Translations under genes and position numbers: made by a program | Assembly: GCA_040954595.2 (NCBI GenBank) | Contig: CM082594.2 | Span: forward strand, 11,164,276 to 11,228,275 | DNA length: 64,000 bases | Reading direction: 5' to 3' | Source of the DNA: Balanoglossus misakiensis | Lineage: Eukaryota; Animalia; Hemichordata | Notes under the pieces: model-generated | What the model saw: the letters and a program-made list of their open reading frames with translations, nothing else | Told to the model about the DNA's origin: nothing | The model's database searches: none | Shown: positions 1 through 13,025 of the stretch, in pieces | How positions within the stretch are numbered: the stretch's first letter is position 1 | Layout of the letters: the number at the start of each line of letters is the position of its first letter

Positions 1-120
1 TCTTCAAAAATAAACCCTATCGGAAGTTAAAAAGGCAATGATGTAAATTATAGACTTTACAAAATAATGTTCAAACACATTGTGAGAAAGGCGGTGTATA
101 TAGACACACAAAAAATCGTC

Positions 121-170
121 CACCACCACCACCACCACCACCACCACCACCACCACCACCACCACCACCA
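121..170. repeat. (CAC)n microsatellite in P450 intron 1
   Basis: About 16-17 perfect CAC units, read directly; they produce the spurious poly-His and poly-Trp ORFs. Confidence 0.98.
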
Positions 171-214
171 TTGTCCTTTTACTAGACCTTCATCTATATT
201 GTCGACTTCTTTAC

Positions 215-542
215 CTGTAGTTTTGGCCACTTTTGCAATGAGTCCGGGACGTGGACGGCCTGAAAAAGACTCAGCTTTTTTAACAAGTGCTTCTTTCAGG
301 ACGTCATACCCACACAATACCAAAGCGTACTCTAGACCAAGCCGAATGGCATAGACATCGCCATATTTACTCGCCAGGTTTGTCAGAGTAACATGTGGTT
401 GATTCCCAAGCTGAAATAGGCATCCGACGACTGGCCATCCTGACGGACCAGGTGGGAGACCAGCAGGTTTCTTCAATAAAATGTAGTAGATAGACAACAA
501 GATCAGAAGAACCAGGAGACCGAATTGTAACATGGTGCACAT
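215..542 (-). CDS. Cytochrome P450 (clan 2-like), first coding exon; the gene continues off the left edge of the window
   Basis: Hydrophobic N-terminal anchor (MLQFGLLVLLILLSIYYILLKK), proline hinge PPGPSGWPVVG, then KYGDVY..LG...LVLCGYDVLKEAL..FSGRP, typical of CYP1/2/17-clan exon 1. Donor CAG|GTAAAG at 215/214. Start is the ATG at 542 or 533. Confidence 0.9.
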
Positions 543-1691
543 GAATGCATTAAAACGGCAACTTCTTCGAGTCGTCGAGCAGGCCAAATGCAAAAGTAGG
601 CAAAGGTCACAATTTTGAAATACAATGGTCGCTTGGCTAAACCTGTAATGATTTATGAAACATAAGAAATACGTGTTGACCTCTTCGACCAGTATTTAGA
701 CAAACTGTCACTCTCAACCTCAACTAGTTGACAAACGAGTCTGTGACCTCTTAGGGAACTTTCAAAGTCCACAAGATGCCTGGGCAGGTGAGAATACTAG
801 TACTGGTCTTCGAATTTCTACCAGTACAAGAAGGGATTTCCCCCCTACATAGCGCCACCATGCGACGTGTCTTCGCAAGGAAGCTAGATCCCCAAAAGAC
901 CGACAAAAATGTCGTACGTCACCTATCTTGGTTAAATTCCCCCCTTTCTCGCAATTTATTATGGTTACAGCGCCATTGTGGGGTCTTAATGGGGTTAATG
1001 TACCTTTGGCAAAACACGTACAACAAAACAAATTGAGGGACTTGTATGAAAGTCGCAATAGCTTTAAGGTTTGAAGAGAGAGAAGTGAAATCAAGTTTTT
1101 TTGCAGAGAAATGTACAGAAAGATTGTTGGAAAAAGGAAGTTCATAATATTAAAGAGTGGTTAATTCAAGGCATATAATAGCAGTTGTTTGTCGCGCCAC
1201 CTGTTTGATTTTTGTTGGTCGATTCATAGTAAAAGTGGAAGTTTCTCTCGATCGACCGTTTGAATGCGCCATTGTGTAAAAGGGGAAGAATTTTCAAGGT
1301 GAAAGTTCTGTCGACGGCAACATATTTGATTCTTTGGCAACTTAATCAAATACCCCAAGTGACCAGAAGATTTATAAAGGACGGAAATGATAATTGTAGG
1401 CTACATATAATTTTTTTTTTATTTTAAACCTTTAAGTATAAGGTTACATTTAAAGTTCATAAACCAACTCGCATAAAAATGCAAGGGAAACTGAAATATG
1501 AAATTTCGCGATGCCAGATCCAGGGTTTACCTTTCAGATTAATGCGAAACGTCAGTACGTGCATATAACTGTCTCTTGATGAGCTCTTTGATGACGTTGC
1601 CACGGTAACATGTATGGCGTAATAGTAAAAGCATTGTCATTCAAAGCGACTACACAAAGGATCGGGATATCCTGAAAGAGGCTGCTTATAA

Positions 1692-1719
1692 ACCGGAAGT
1701 AAACAGTCAAGATGGCGGC
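1692..1719 (+). promoter_or_regulatory. Chimaerin core promoter motifs (ETS/GABP and YY1)
   Basis: ACCGGAAGT at 1692-1700 and CAAGATGGCGGC at 1708-1719, in a CpG-enriched stretch ~150-180 bp upstream of the chimaerin ATG. The gene is head-to-head with the P450, ATGs ~1.3 kb apart. Confidence 0.6.
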
Positions 1720-1869
1720 TCGCTCGAAATGCCCCAGGTTCATTATGCGTTGAAGATGCTTTACGTTTGTAGGTATTTTTGGAAGCTGTATGCGCAACTT
1801 TGAGCTCTCTTCCGCTTCTCTTTACCCCGCCGCTACGTTTGAGTGAAGTGACGCTAAAGAAAAATCGCC

Positions 1870-4800
1870 ATGGCAAGATCTGTCAGTAAGTACACACTTT
1901 CCCCATCACCACCGTTGAAATGATGAACCTGTATGTTACAAGCCAAGCTTAGCCTGCGTTATGGGCATCATATTTGCTGGGCATGAATGTTCGCGTTTTC
2001 GTCTATTGGGAAATTAAACTACATAAGTCCTGGAATGCCTTTATTCTAAAGCGATAATTTCATTCATTTTTATTTTTAGCTGATACAAGGGATAAACCGA
2101 GGGGTGTATTTTATCAAATTGTCGTCTGCCAGAATCCTGTCGCCATATCCAATATATAACTCTGTTTTCGTTTCTTTGATATACACAGGCGACTTGATGG
2201 CTGGTTCCTCTATGTGGAAATCTTACCGTAAGTGTCAAAATGTGCTTTTCCAAATAATTTCATTGGTTTTCCCCAAGAAAGCTAGCATTGAATTAGATTC
2301 CAAAGGAATTATTATATCAGGCGACAGTTCGTCTGCTTTTCCTAACTTGGGAATCCTTGGGAGGTTGAATTTCAAGTTGATAAGATAGTTATGCCAGCAA
2401 TGTGTTTCATGTTCATATGTGTGCTCATATGCAAGTGTTCATCTTTTTGCATTCAGATAATTTACCGCTCCATGAACTACCTCTTTTTTCGTTATTTTCA
2501 TTATTTTACTTTCAAACTATTGACTAGGCTTATGCTGATCATCAACCTCTGATTGTGTATACGTTTGAATGTGAAATAATTATAACTTTTTAGTTAAGTA
2601 AAAAATGCCATTTTTCCCCTTCGGCCTGATTATTTTCCTGTACAGAAATGTTGTGTATACATGTCAAAAGTTGATGAAAGTGAGAAGCTTTTTTAAAGAC
2701 AGGTTTTGTTTCAAGTCAGCCATAAAAATTTCTTTCATTGGTGAAATGTACTTCCTCATTTCAACTGTGCAGTCAAGCTTTGCAAATGGGTGCCCTGTGA
2801 TGCATAAATTGTACCACAGTTGTATAAGGATTAATGATGCTGGAGTAACGTTCACCTTTCCTGAAAGCTTGTAGGGATCACTTTGTATGCAGGAATGTAA
2901 ATGGAAAACAAATTGAAGTGAAAATCCAGAAACCACTTGGTTTTCTCCTTGTTCATTTCAGATGTCGTCCTGTAGGCTTGTAAAATAAGACCAGAACATT
3001 CCATTTGTTGAAGTTGCAAAGCATACCATTTGACAGTTAGCATTCATGATAAACTTACCCTTTAATGGGTTTTGATAAACTGGTGTGAGAACACATGTGT
3101 ACAGTCAGAGTCAATCCAAATAACGGAGAAAAGCAGATTGCAAGGAATGAAAGTAGCTTCATGTGTGGGAGTGTTATAAATACATTTTCTGTTGCCCAAG
3201 GAATATAGGTTCTATTATGAGTGGTATTATTTTTTCCGTCTACTGTGCGGTGTCAAAGTTACGGCAGTTAAGAGTTTAATTGTTGAAAATTACAAACAGA
3301 CAGATCAGCCTGAGAGAGGTGTCACACTGTGTATCAGCCCCTCAAGTAAAATTCTGCTTCTCTGATGAAATTTGACAGCCTCGTACGATCTCAAAAACAT
3401 GACTGTTTATGAGTGTCTGCCTGTAGGGCCACCCGATAAAAGTTTAGTTTGGGAACAGGGTTAAGTAATACCTTCACACTGCGTCGCCAGACAAAATTCC
3501 TATAAAAAGGCCAATTTTGGAGCTCAGCTCATGTCCCGTGGAAGCATTCAACATGGAAGGTTCAGTTCTGGAGATCGAAACTTCATTCTTGAACAGATCT
3601 GATCTGACCATTGAATGGAAGAATCGTGATGGAAAACGTGGAGACTACGGAAAAACTGTCAAGAGGAAATACAGGCCAAAATGTAATGTTTTGCAATTTC
3701 TGTCTTTTTTTGCTTTTTTGTGTACAATCCTTTTGGAAATATGTTTACATTGCTGTGATACTGATCAGAAAGATTTTCAAACTAGTGATGACTACACCAA
3801 CCATAGAAGGTAACCATGGAAAGTGCAGTAACACAGCTGTGATCATGTGTTTAAAGTAGATCTATATTCCAGTCAGGTAGATTCGAGCGTATTCCCATTA
3901 CATCTTGATACACTTTGATGGTGATGTTTTATTACACACCACACATGGTGACTCATCGTCCAGGGTGGAAGCCATGTATTAATTGAACTGTTCTCAACAC
4001 TGTGGTGTACACCTACATGTAGGTCCGTGCCTTTTGCTCTAAACTGAGTTTGCACAGCGGTTGTGAAGTCAGTAATTGCCCTCAGACTTGGGTTGTGTGT
4101 ATTTAAACTGCTGATGCCAAAAGTGGCAGTGATTGTCACTTGTCAGAATATCAGACATAATCATAGCTTTTCCTGCTTTCCAGGAGCTTTGGTGATTAGC
4201 GTCTCCATATTCCTGGATTCCTTGCTTGCCGCAAATTTTCTTTACCATTCTCCCGCACACTGTGTTAGCAGGAACTGCATCGTCTACATGTACATCATTA
4301 TTTCACTTAACTGTCACCGAATTTGACATCTTTTTGATGACATCTTAAAGCAATCCAAACTGTAACAGTCTTGGCATCTTTCCTGTCCTTCAATTTTAAT
4401 CAATTGACCACACCTTTAATCATTCCTACCCAGATTGAAATTTAAACCCTGAAGACATCTTCAATAACATCCCTGCTTATTACTTTGTAGACTTTTAATT
4501 AAGCCTAATTAGGGCTAACATGAAATATCGACAGTTGCTATGAAGTTACTGTTGGCTGCTCACAAAGTTCCATTGTGTATTCCAGTTTGTCGAGGTATAT
4601 ATTTGTACAAACTGGACTTTGCCTATAGATTTCTTGTAAAATGCAATAAAAGGAGGATATATTCCTCAGTAGATTTAATCAAACAGGATAACCTTAGTTC
4701 TTAATTAACATATATTTAAGCAAAATCTGACTGAAACAGCTGCTGATGCTTCTGTTCTCAGAGAATAAATGAAGCCAGTTAGTGACTGATTTGTGCAGTT

Positions 4801-7800
4801 TGAAGCGAATTTACACACAAGTATCACAGATGTCAGATACACTTAACCTGCGCTGACGATTGTTTAAAGTGATTTCATTCCCAAGAGTTTTCTGTGCTAG
4901 TGTAATATATTGATCTGTGTAAGTGTTGTCATGGAAACCGATTGTTTCATTTGCTTAGCCCATTTATCAGTGTGATATTGAATGAAAACATTGAATTAAG
5001 TTTCTGAAAATGTCAAACGGTTAACTTTTTAATACATTTATGCACTACCCTACTGTGTTTTGATTAAAGTACATTGGAATATTTCATATTTAATTTTGAT
5101 CGGTGTAGTGTGAGGTTGATGTGAAAATGCCCGAGGAATAACATAGTGAAACTAAATATGAACCTTTGAAGTGTTATATTCATGTAACAACATGTTTTGC
5201 AGGGTAGTATAACATAAACGGGACACTTGCCAAGACATGTATTGTGAAGGGAGGGTGTATTCAATTTGAAATTCCAATATGTAGATATATGTATGTTATA
5301 ATGGTTGCAAGGGTTATATAACTACATACCTGTCACCCTTTTAATTCTATTTCTAGATTTATTGATTGCAATATAATCTCCCTGTAAAATTCCAGATAAC
5401 AAACTACAAGTTTTCAAGTATATGTGAACATAGCAACAACTTAGAAAGAATCCATTTGACAATATCCTTCTCATTGAGGGGTTCAGGGTTCAAGCGCTGT
5501 ACTCAAATACACTGTTCAAAACAATGCACACATATAAGAGTAAAACACTTCACATTTTATTGACACAGTGCATGTACAAAAGTCACTTTAGTCGTTGAAA
5601 AAATGTATTAGAGAGGATCAAAGTCTCGTTTCATTGACATTATTTTGTTTATTATTTTCATATAAGAAGGTATTTAATTGATTTGCCTTACAGTAACATG
5701 AGCTGTTATAGCTTTTCTACTCAAGCATGTATGGTTTACATTATGTATAATTCATTTAGGACCTACAATAAATAATCTTGTCAGGATATTAAATTCCTTC
5801 ATACCTTGATCAAACCTCTCTGTTACACTTATTATAATTGATATGTATGATGTTATTTTCTATCAGTATTATAAATACCTTTGTGCCCAACCATCAAAAA
5901 AACAAGACGAAAGCTATTTTTGTCTTGATATAGGTTTCAACAATTAGACATGATAGATTCCATGGATGTAAGTTATGCATAGTTGACAAGGGTTAATAGT
6001 TTCCTGGTGTATGTGACTTGGTTTTCAAACAATAGAATTCAGTGATTTTTCACTGAAATGGGCAAGAAGGTCATCCATCATTGTGGGAACATTGAGGGTG
6101 CATTTATCAAACTGTGACTCTTAATGAGTGAACTCTCTCTGCAATGCAAATGATTTTGTCTAATTCACAATCACTAACCTAACAAAATCAATACATTAAA
6201 CTAATTTTGTCTTGTCTTACGGTATTTATTTGTGATTTTTTTCAGTATATCAGCTGCAGCAGCAGGCGCCCAAACCAAAGAGAATTGTGTGCAATAACCA
6301 TGTTGAAAACAGACCAGAACATTATGGCAGGGAGTAAGTAGAAATCCATCTTGATTCATTTGGTGAACAGTTTAGTAACAGTAATAAATATCCACCTTCC
6401 TGTCGTAGAGTGTGATCTGATGCAAGACATGGACCTCTTAGCTGGAAGAAATTCCAACAAACGTCCTGTACATGTCAACGCATTGGCTAATTTTAGCCAT
6501 TCCCCATTAAGCTTTAAACATGATCTCTGTTGCACTTTATTTTTTCATTAACTGTAAATTTCACAGAATATTGAATCTCAAATTCTCTGAGAAAGATATT
6601 GGAGACAGGTATCAGGTTTGACTCCACGAAATAATCAGTATCAGTTGAAGCCTTCTGTATTAGACCCGTAATATCTTCATATTTTATCACTCTATACTTC
6701 TGTAGTGTCATTTTCATTGCCAAGTGTTAACTCTTCAGTGACTCAAGTTCAGGTTCATTCAATTCTTCTATGCGAATGACTTTGACTGTTGACAGCAATT
6801 GACAAACTGTTATCTGCTGGGTCAAGGTTAAAGTTAATTTTTCCCTGCAAAATTTGATTGGCATCAAAGATCATTAAACATCTCATGCATATTCATTGGC
6901 GTTTCTATATTAGGAAGGTAATTTAGTCTGTGGCACTGAGTAGCTCATCAGACTAGAATATTCCTTCATTAATTTGTACTGATTTGCATACCTGTTTAAT
7001 TACGACGCGATGAAATTAGATAATGTAAATGAAGATTGATTGCGAGTCCATTTCCCGTCTCTGAGATTGCTTTAAGCTGTAAGGCATTATGTGTAAGAGA
7101 TCAGTGTATATGAGGATGGATTTAGCTATCAGAGCTGTACAAATCTCATCATTTGTCACAATTTGGCCACCGTCTTTGTATCAGTGCCGCCACTCATTCT
7201 TCACACTGTATTACCGACCACCGTGATCTCCTTTCTAGTGTTTAATTACCATAATACTCACATTTCACAAGAAGATTGACCGCTTGATCACAGCTGTGTG
7301 TGCTAATAGAGATTTGCCAGTGGAATTAGACTGGTTGAAAACATGGAAAACGTTTTAGTGGAGGTGAAGTGGTCTTCTAAAATATTTACATCATGCTCTA
7401 TCATTACAATCACAACAGTTTACTCAAACTCATCAAAGACATCTATGTACACTCTCTTGCTATTATGCAAATGTGGCCATACAGGTAAAACTTCATGTTT
7501 CATGGAATGGTTTTCTCAATATGTAGATGTTGATCAAAATGATGGGAAAGTAACATTTCTTTTTGAATTAATACAATTTGACAATGATGTATGGATCTGC
7601 ACACTTTCCCTGTGCGTTTGATTTTCACCAAAGCTCTTCTTGTAAGGAAATTACGAAACTGTTTGATTGGAAAAAGCCACCTAAAAGTAGATATTACTCA
7701 TGTTCCAAATGTAGACATAGGTGTAGATGTAATCAAGGTGTAATGTCCGTATAATGCAACTGTTTAATTTATCACAGACTGCAGAAAACAGTTAAGTACT

Positions 7801-10800
7801 ATATTGAGGTTACTGATCTGATCAGCTAGTTGTTTGATATCTGCAGGCTGTTGCTTACTCACATGTGTAGAAAGGGCAGGGTTGTCCTATTACACAGTTT
7901 AATAACGTAGGTTTTCTCAATCTTCCCTATAAACATCACATCAATCTTCACAATTTTATCATCTTTGGAGCCAGTTCACTTTGATCAATTCACATAAATG
8001 CCTGTGGCTATAATCGTGCAATTTTATATTTCGTGTGTGCAATGAAATTCATCTTTCCTTGAGTCACGGCATCGCTTGCCTGGAAGTTATTCTCTTTATA
8101 CATGGCACCAGTTTTATAATCATCTTAAATTTTCATAGCGTGATAGTAGCATTACTAATCTTGCCATTCCTTGTGATAGACTTTCAAGTTTCCTGCCATC
8201 ATTGATGTAGAACAAGCCTCGTATTCTGAGAAAGAACATCACAGAATATTATTCTCTGTTGCCAATTCTTGGAAGAGAACTCAAAGTAAAACACGACAGT
8301 TTCCGTGTGACAAGAAAGACAAAACTGGCAGTTGTCTCGCTGTTTCTAATCTTCAACCGAGATGTTGAACAACTATCAGTATCTGTAGAAGAGTTATCTA
8401 TGCTGTATTTATTTTCACTTTGATGTTCCAGGTGAGCGATCAAAGTAAATATTGACAAATTGCTCTGGCTAAGGCTAAGTAGAAAGAGATGTATGAGTCA
8501 TGCCTAGAAAGAGACGCCGTGAAGACATTTAGATCGTGTACGAGTGATTGTGGTCGCTGTGCTACACACACTTTGGTCTCTAGAGGGCGTCATTCTGGTC
8601 ACTGCGGCATTGTGGTATTTTAATGTCATTTTCAAATATATGAGAAGTACCTACAAACACAAATTTAGTTTATTTTTCTTGTGTTATGGTGGTGAAATGT
8701 ACAGATAGTTTGATTTGTTGATAATGGCCTCCACTTAGCACTTAATCAATATCTCATTGATCCAGTGACAGGCTGTCAAGTGATCACATTGGTTATTTTC
8801 ATAAATACAGTCATTGACATCTTTATAAATGGTTTCAGTGTGACATTATCTGAGCATAATTTCAATACACAGTAGAGTTTCTGTGGTAATGAGGGATTTC
8901 ACCTGTCAGATTTTGGACAGAAAAAAACGGAAGTCACTGAGTGTTCTACAATGCCTTCATGTCAAATTGCAGAATGTATAGAGAGATGGTAAATTGACAA
9001 GGAGGAAGTATTGCATGACTTCTTACTATACCATGGTAACAGAAGCTTTTGTGAAAATTTGTTGATACAAAGTTCCCCATAAAGTCATCTATGAGAAAAG
9101 TATCAGCTACTGGAATGAAGCTGAATGAGGATTGGTGATCCATTTTAAGTTGGATGACTTGTTATTTTTATTGCTTTTACTTCTGCTTGTTGCTTGCTAT
9201 AAAAACGTTTGAGGAACTTGTTGTACGTTCTTTCAAAAAGTTGCTCTGCTCATCACAACGTCCGTCTGGGTTTTTCAGCATGTAAGTAATCTGCCTTCAG
9301 TTCCAAATTTAAACTTGAGTGCCGATAATTTGATAAATGGAAAAAAAAATATCCAGTTCAAAAGGTTTCTGTGCTTCAGAGTGTTAGAAGTGTCAGGAAG
9401 AGATTTGGGACAAATCAAGTGTATCTTAGGTATGGATTGAATAATTATCAAGCATTTTGTTTCACAGTAGTTAGGAGAACTGATTTTCAAGCATGATAGT
9501 ATGATGTGCCACGGGAAATATTGGTTCAGGCGTACCCTCGAACACAATGGGATTATACCATTTTGCAGTGATGAGCAGGCAGTACATCAACTACTTTTGC
9601 TTCTATCCAGATTTCTCATTAAAAGTTCACATGATTAAAATGGCACGCTGTAAATTGGTGTATGTTTCAATTCCAGATGCCACGGAGCAATTTCCAGAGA
9701 GGAAGGTGATAGGTTACTTGCAAAAGCGGGCGAGGGAAGTTACTTGGTACGAGAAAGTCAGCGTTCACCTGGAAGTTATACTCTGAGTTTAAGGTGAGTC
9801 ATTGAATTACCATGACAACAGAAATCTAGTGGACCCTGCAGGCATGGTAACTTTTTAATTCAGATAAATGAAGGAAAGGTTCTGAATAGTCACATAAATT
9901 GAAAATTTCCTTTGCCAGGTAAATCTGTGGTAACCTCAGAGGGGAGAAGTAAGTGTGAAATGCTATGTTTTATAGGAATACGTCATTGATTGCAAAGTGT
10001 GAGTCATGTTGTAATTGTTAGGTATTTTTGATTTGCTGGTTACATGAAACTGATGCTATGAAAACAGCCAGGGTCTGATTACTCATCCAAGCTGCTATTA
10101 AAGGCATCTACACAGATCCAGTTTGAAAATTCACAACCAAATGGAATTTGGACGGTACATGTATTTATAGGATCTCAGGAGTAAACGAAAAGGAAGCAAA
10201 AATGTAAATGTTGAATATGTTTGAACAAGAATGAAAGCTCTGAATGAGATTTTGTGGAACTTCAGTGTTGGTGAATATGTTATTTGGCTGAGGTCAAGAG
10301 TTAGTTCAGAAGCTCATAAGAACGGGAAGTATATTGTAAGTTAATAAGTGGTCATAAACATTGAGTAAATATTGCCACTGTTTTCATACATCACATCGTT
10401 TCAAGGCAGGATGAAATTCTGACAGTGCAGGTAATGAAAAAATGGATTAATCATGGGTTCATTCAATATTTGTACAGTGTTTACACAACTGTCTCTCCCT
10501 TAAGTCAAATAAAGAAAGGAAATATGAAAACTTTTTTAGGGGTATTCCCTCATTCTGACATCATAACACGTGAGTTTCAATTCAAGTAAACAAGTTCACG
10601 TTGTCAAAAACCAATGACAGTTGTGGTATATTTTGAGACTGGTTGTAACCATGTGTTGTACTCATGAGTAACACAACCCATTTTGCCATGTACTGGGAGA
10701 TTTGTGCCTCATTGAATTTTTCTTCTCCTTTTCAGATTTGGACAAGTGACGAAGAATTTCAAACTATTCTACGATGGTTCTCACTACGTAGGAGACAAAA

Positions 10801-13025
10801 CATTTGACACATTACACGATCTTGTTGCTGACGGTCTAATAACAATGTACATGGAGACAAAAGCTGCTGATTACATTGCAATGATGGTTTCTGAACCGAT
10901 CTACGAACACCATGCCAAATATACGACAGTAGACGGTCGCAAGAAAAAAATCGAAAAGAAAGAAGTGAAGATACATGAAGAGTTGAATAATTTAAACAAA
11001 ACATTGGTATGTTGATGAATTTAGAAATGTGATCTATACTAAAATATTCTATGCATATCCATTTTGTCATTACGTTGTTGACTTTAAATTTTTGTAAGAT
11101 TTATGTTTTTTCTTTCCTGTTTCTCAGAATAGTGAACCTGCTTCACCAACGAAGATCGAACAGATCGCAGAAATCACTCCGTCATCTTACGAAAAGCCAC
11201 ATAATTTCAAAGTAAGGAATTTTTCTAGACATTGTTGAACTGAATCCAACACATGTAGAAATTTGAGAAACTGTGAGGTGGGCTCTTGCCTGAGTACTCA
11301 CTTTGTTATGTATATGATGTTGTGTTACATGTATGTTGAGTAATACCTAATAGAGTTATCTCCTTCCATTTTAACAGGTTCATAACTTTGTCGGTCCCAA
11401 TTGGTGTGAATACTGTGGCAATTTCATGTGGGGACTTATTGCTCAGGGTGTCCGATGCACAGGTGAGCATGACTGTAGTTGTGAACCTTCAAAAAATTTA
11501 ACCACATCCTAAATTCTTCTCCCCAGGAGCTTACAGATCACCAACCTTAACATTTATTCTTTGAATCTTTCTTTCAGACTGCGCATTGAGCACACACAAA
11601 CAGTGTTCCAAGCTGGTTCCCAACGACTGCCAACCTGACAGACGACTAATAAAACGTGTATACAGCATCGACCTCACCACGTTAGTCAAAGCACACAATA
11701 CAACTCGGCCCATTGTTGTCGATAAATGCATCAAAGAAATAGAATCAAGAGGTAGGAAATTTGTCTTCAAAGTAGTCTCAGTATGTTCGTTTCTTGACAT
11801 TGACTCTAATATGCATCATTCCGTCAATATGATGCACCCAAGTCTCAGTATATTTGGCTGAACTGTGGACAATGTTGTACCCCTGCAACCAGCTTGCAGT
11901 TTATTGTAAAATTACCCATCTCTATGGCTCTGACTGAATTGTTCACTATACTGGGTCATCCCAGGAGATGCACGATTGTACTCAGCTGAACTGATAGCTT
12001 ATTCAGTGAGCAAGTCACAAAATATCAGAAGTGATTGCTAGACATTTTATTCTTTGCATTTAGGATTGGAGTCTGAAGGTCTGTACAGGGTGTCTGGTTT
12101 TAATGATGACATTGAAATGGTGAGACAAGCTTTTGACAAAGGTAAGAAATCATTCTCATCATCCTTGGAAAGTTTCTGTGATTCTAAAGCTGGTCCAGAA
12201 CTGGTCGTGGCATATGAAAAATCTTTGTATCTTTTTGTTTTCAGATGGTGAGAATGCCAAGATCAGTCCATCAGAGGTTGCGGATATCAACACAATAACA
12301 TGTGCTTTGAAGTTATACTTCAGACAGTTACCCATCCCAGTCATATCATACGAAGTCTATCTGGATTTTGTCAATGCTGCACGTGAGTGACACTTCAGCT
12401 GTTGGCATTGTAGTTGGCTGTATGTTGTGGAAGTTGATATTACAGCGCCCCCATGAGGTCACAGAACCCAGTTTGTCATTCAACCCGAAATTCTGATGCA
12501 TGATGATGATACTGGCTTGACTGATGCACTTTTTGATTTTATAATTTCAGATCGAACCGTTGATGAGGAGAGGGTGGACCTTACCAACAAGGCAATCCAG
12601 AAACTGCATGAATTGAAACCAGCTCATTATCAAACTTTGAAATATTTGGTCAACCATCTTTACAAGTAAGTAATGGGCCTAAGGTGTTATGGCAGTCAGT
12701 TCATGCATGCCAGGCTGTAAAGTCCTTGTTGAAATTGGCTCAGTGGTAAAAGCCATGTTATTGCCTGAAAGTTCCATTAACTGTAACTCATGGCAGAATT
12801 TTGTGTAATGTCTTCCCACAAATTTCATAATTCTGTTTCACTTGCAGTGTCACACAATACAAAAACAAGAATCTGATGTCAGCCGAAAATCTGGGCGTCG
12901 TCTTTGGACCCACGTTGCTAAGGTCACCGGATGTGGAATCGTTAGAGAGTCTGACGAACATGAAATATCAACAGACGGTGGTGGAGATCTTGATTGCCAA
13001 TCATGACACTGTATTTGATTTGTAA
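1870..13025 (+). CDS. CHN1/CHN2-like: Chimaerin (SH2 + C1 + RhoGAP; alpha2/beta2-chimaerin-like Rac GAP), ~460 aa, 12 coding exons
   Basis: Phase-consistent GT-AG exons: 1870-1885, 2189-2227 (..MWKSY), 6246-6333 ([26 protein letters not shown]), 9677-9793 ([30 protein letters not shown]2), 10736-11006, 11128-11211 (YEKPHNFK), 11378-11462 ([27 protein letters not shown]1), 11578-11751, 12064-12141 (EGLYRVSG, arginine finger), 12245-12382, 12551-12665, 12848-13025 ([18 protein letters not shown]..stop). Total 1383 nt. Confidence 0.95.
3629..3809 (+). CDS. Candidate alternative first coding exon of chimaerin (intron 2), hydrophobic N-terminus
   Basis: TATAAAAAG at 3501, gtgATGG at 3629, open frame [60 protein letters not shown]. 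Donor AAG|GTAACC at 3809 is phase 1, matching the exon-3 acceptor at 6246. Confidence 0.45.
9154..9281 (+). CDS. Candidate alternative first coding exon of chimaerin (intron 3), hydrophobic N-terminus
   Basis: ATG at 9154 opens [42 protein letters not shown], ending at a consensus donor AT|GTAAGT (9281) in phase 2, matching the SH2 exon acceptor at 9677. Confidence 0.45.

Noticed and set aside
57-354. Poly-Trp and poly-His ORFs
   Set aside because: Translation of the intronic (CAC)n microsatellite; the real P450 exon ends at the donor at 215.
7343-7621. [13 protein letters not shown]... in chimaerin intron 3 as an alternative first exon
   Set aside because: From this ATG the donor at 7484 is phase 1, incompatible with the phase-2 exon 4; only a short alternative frame fits.
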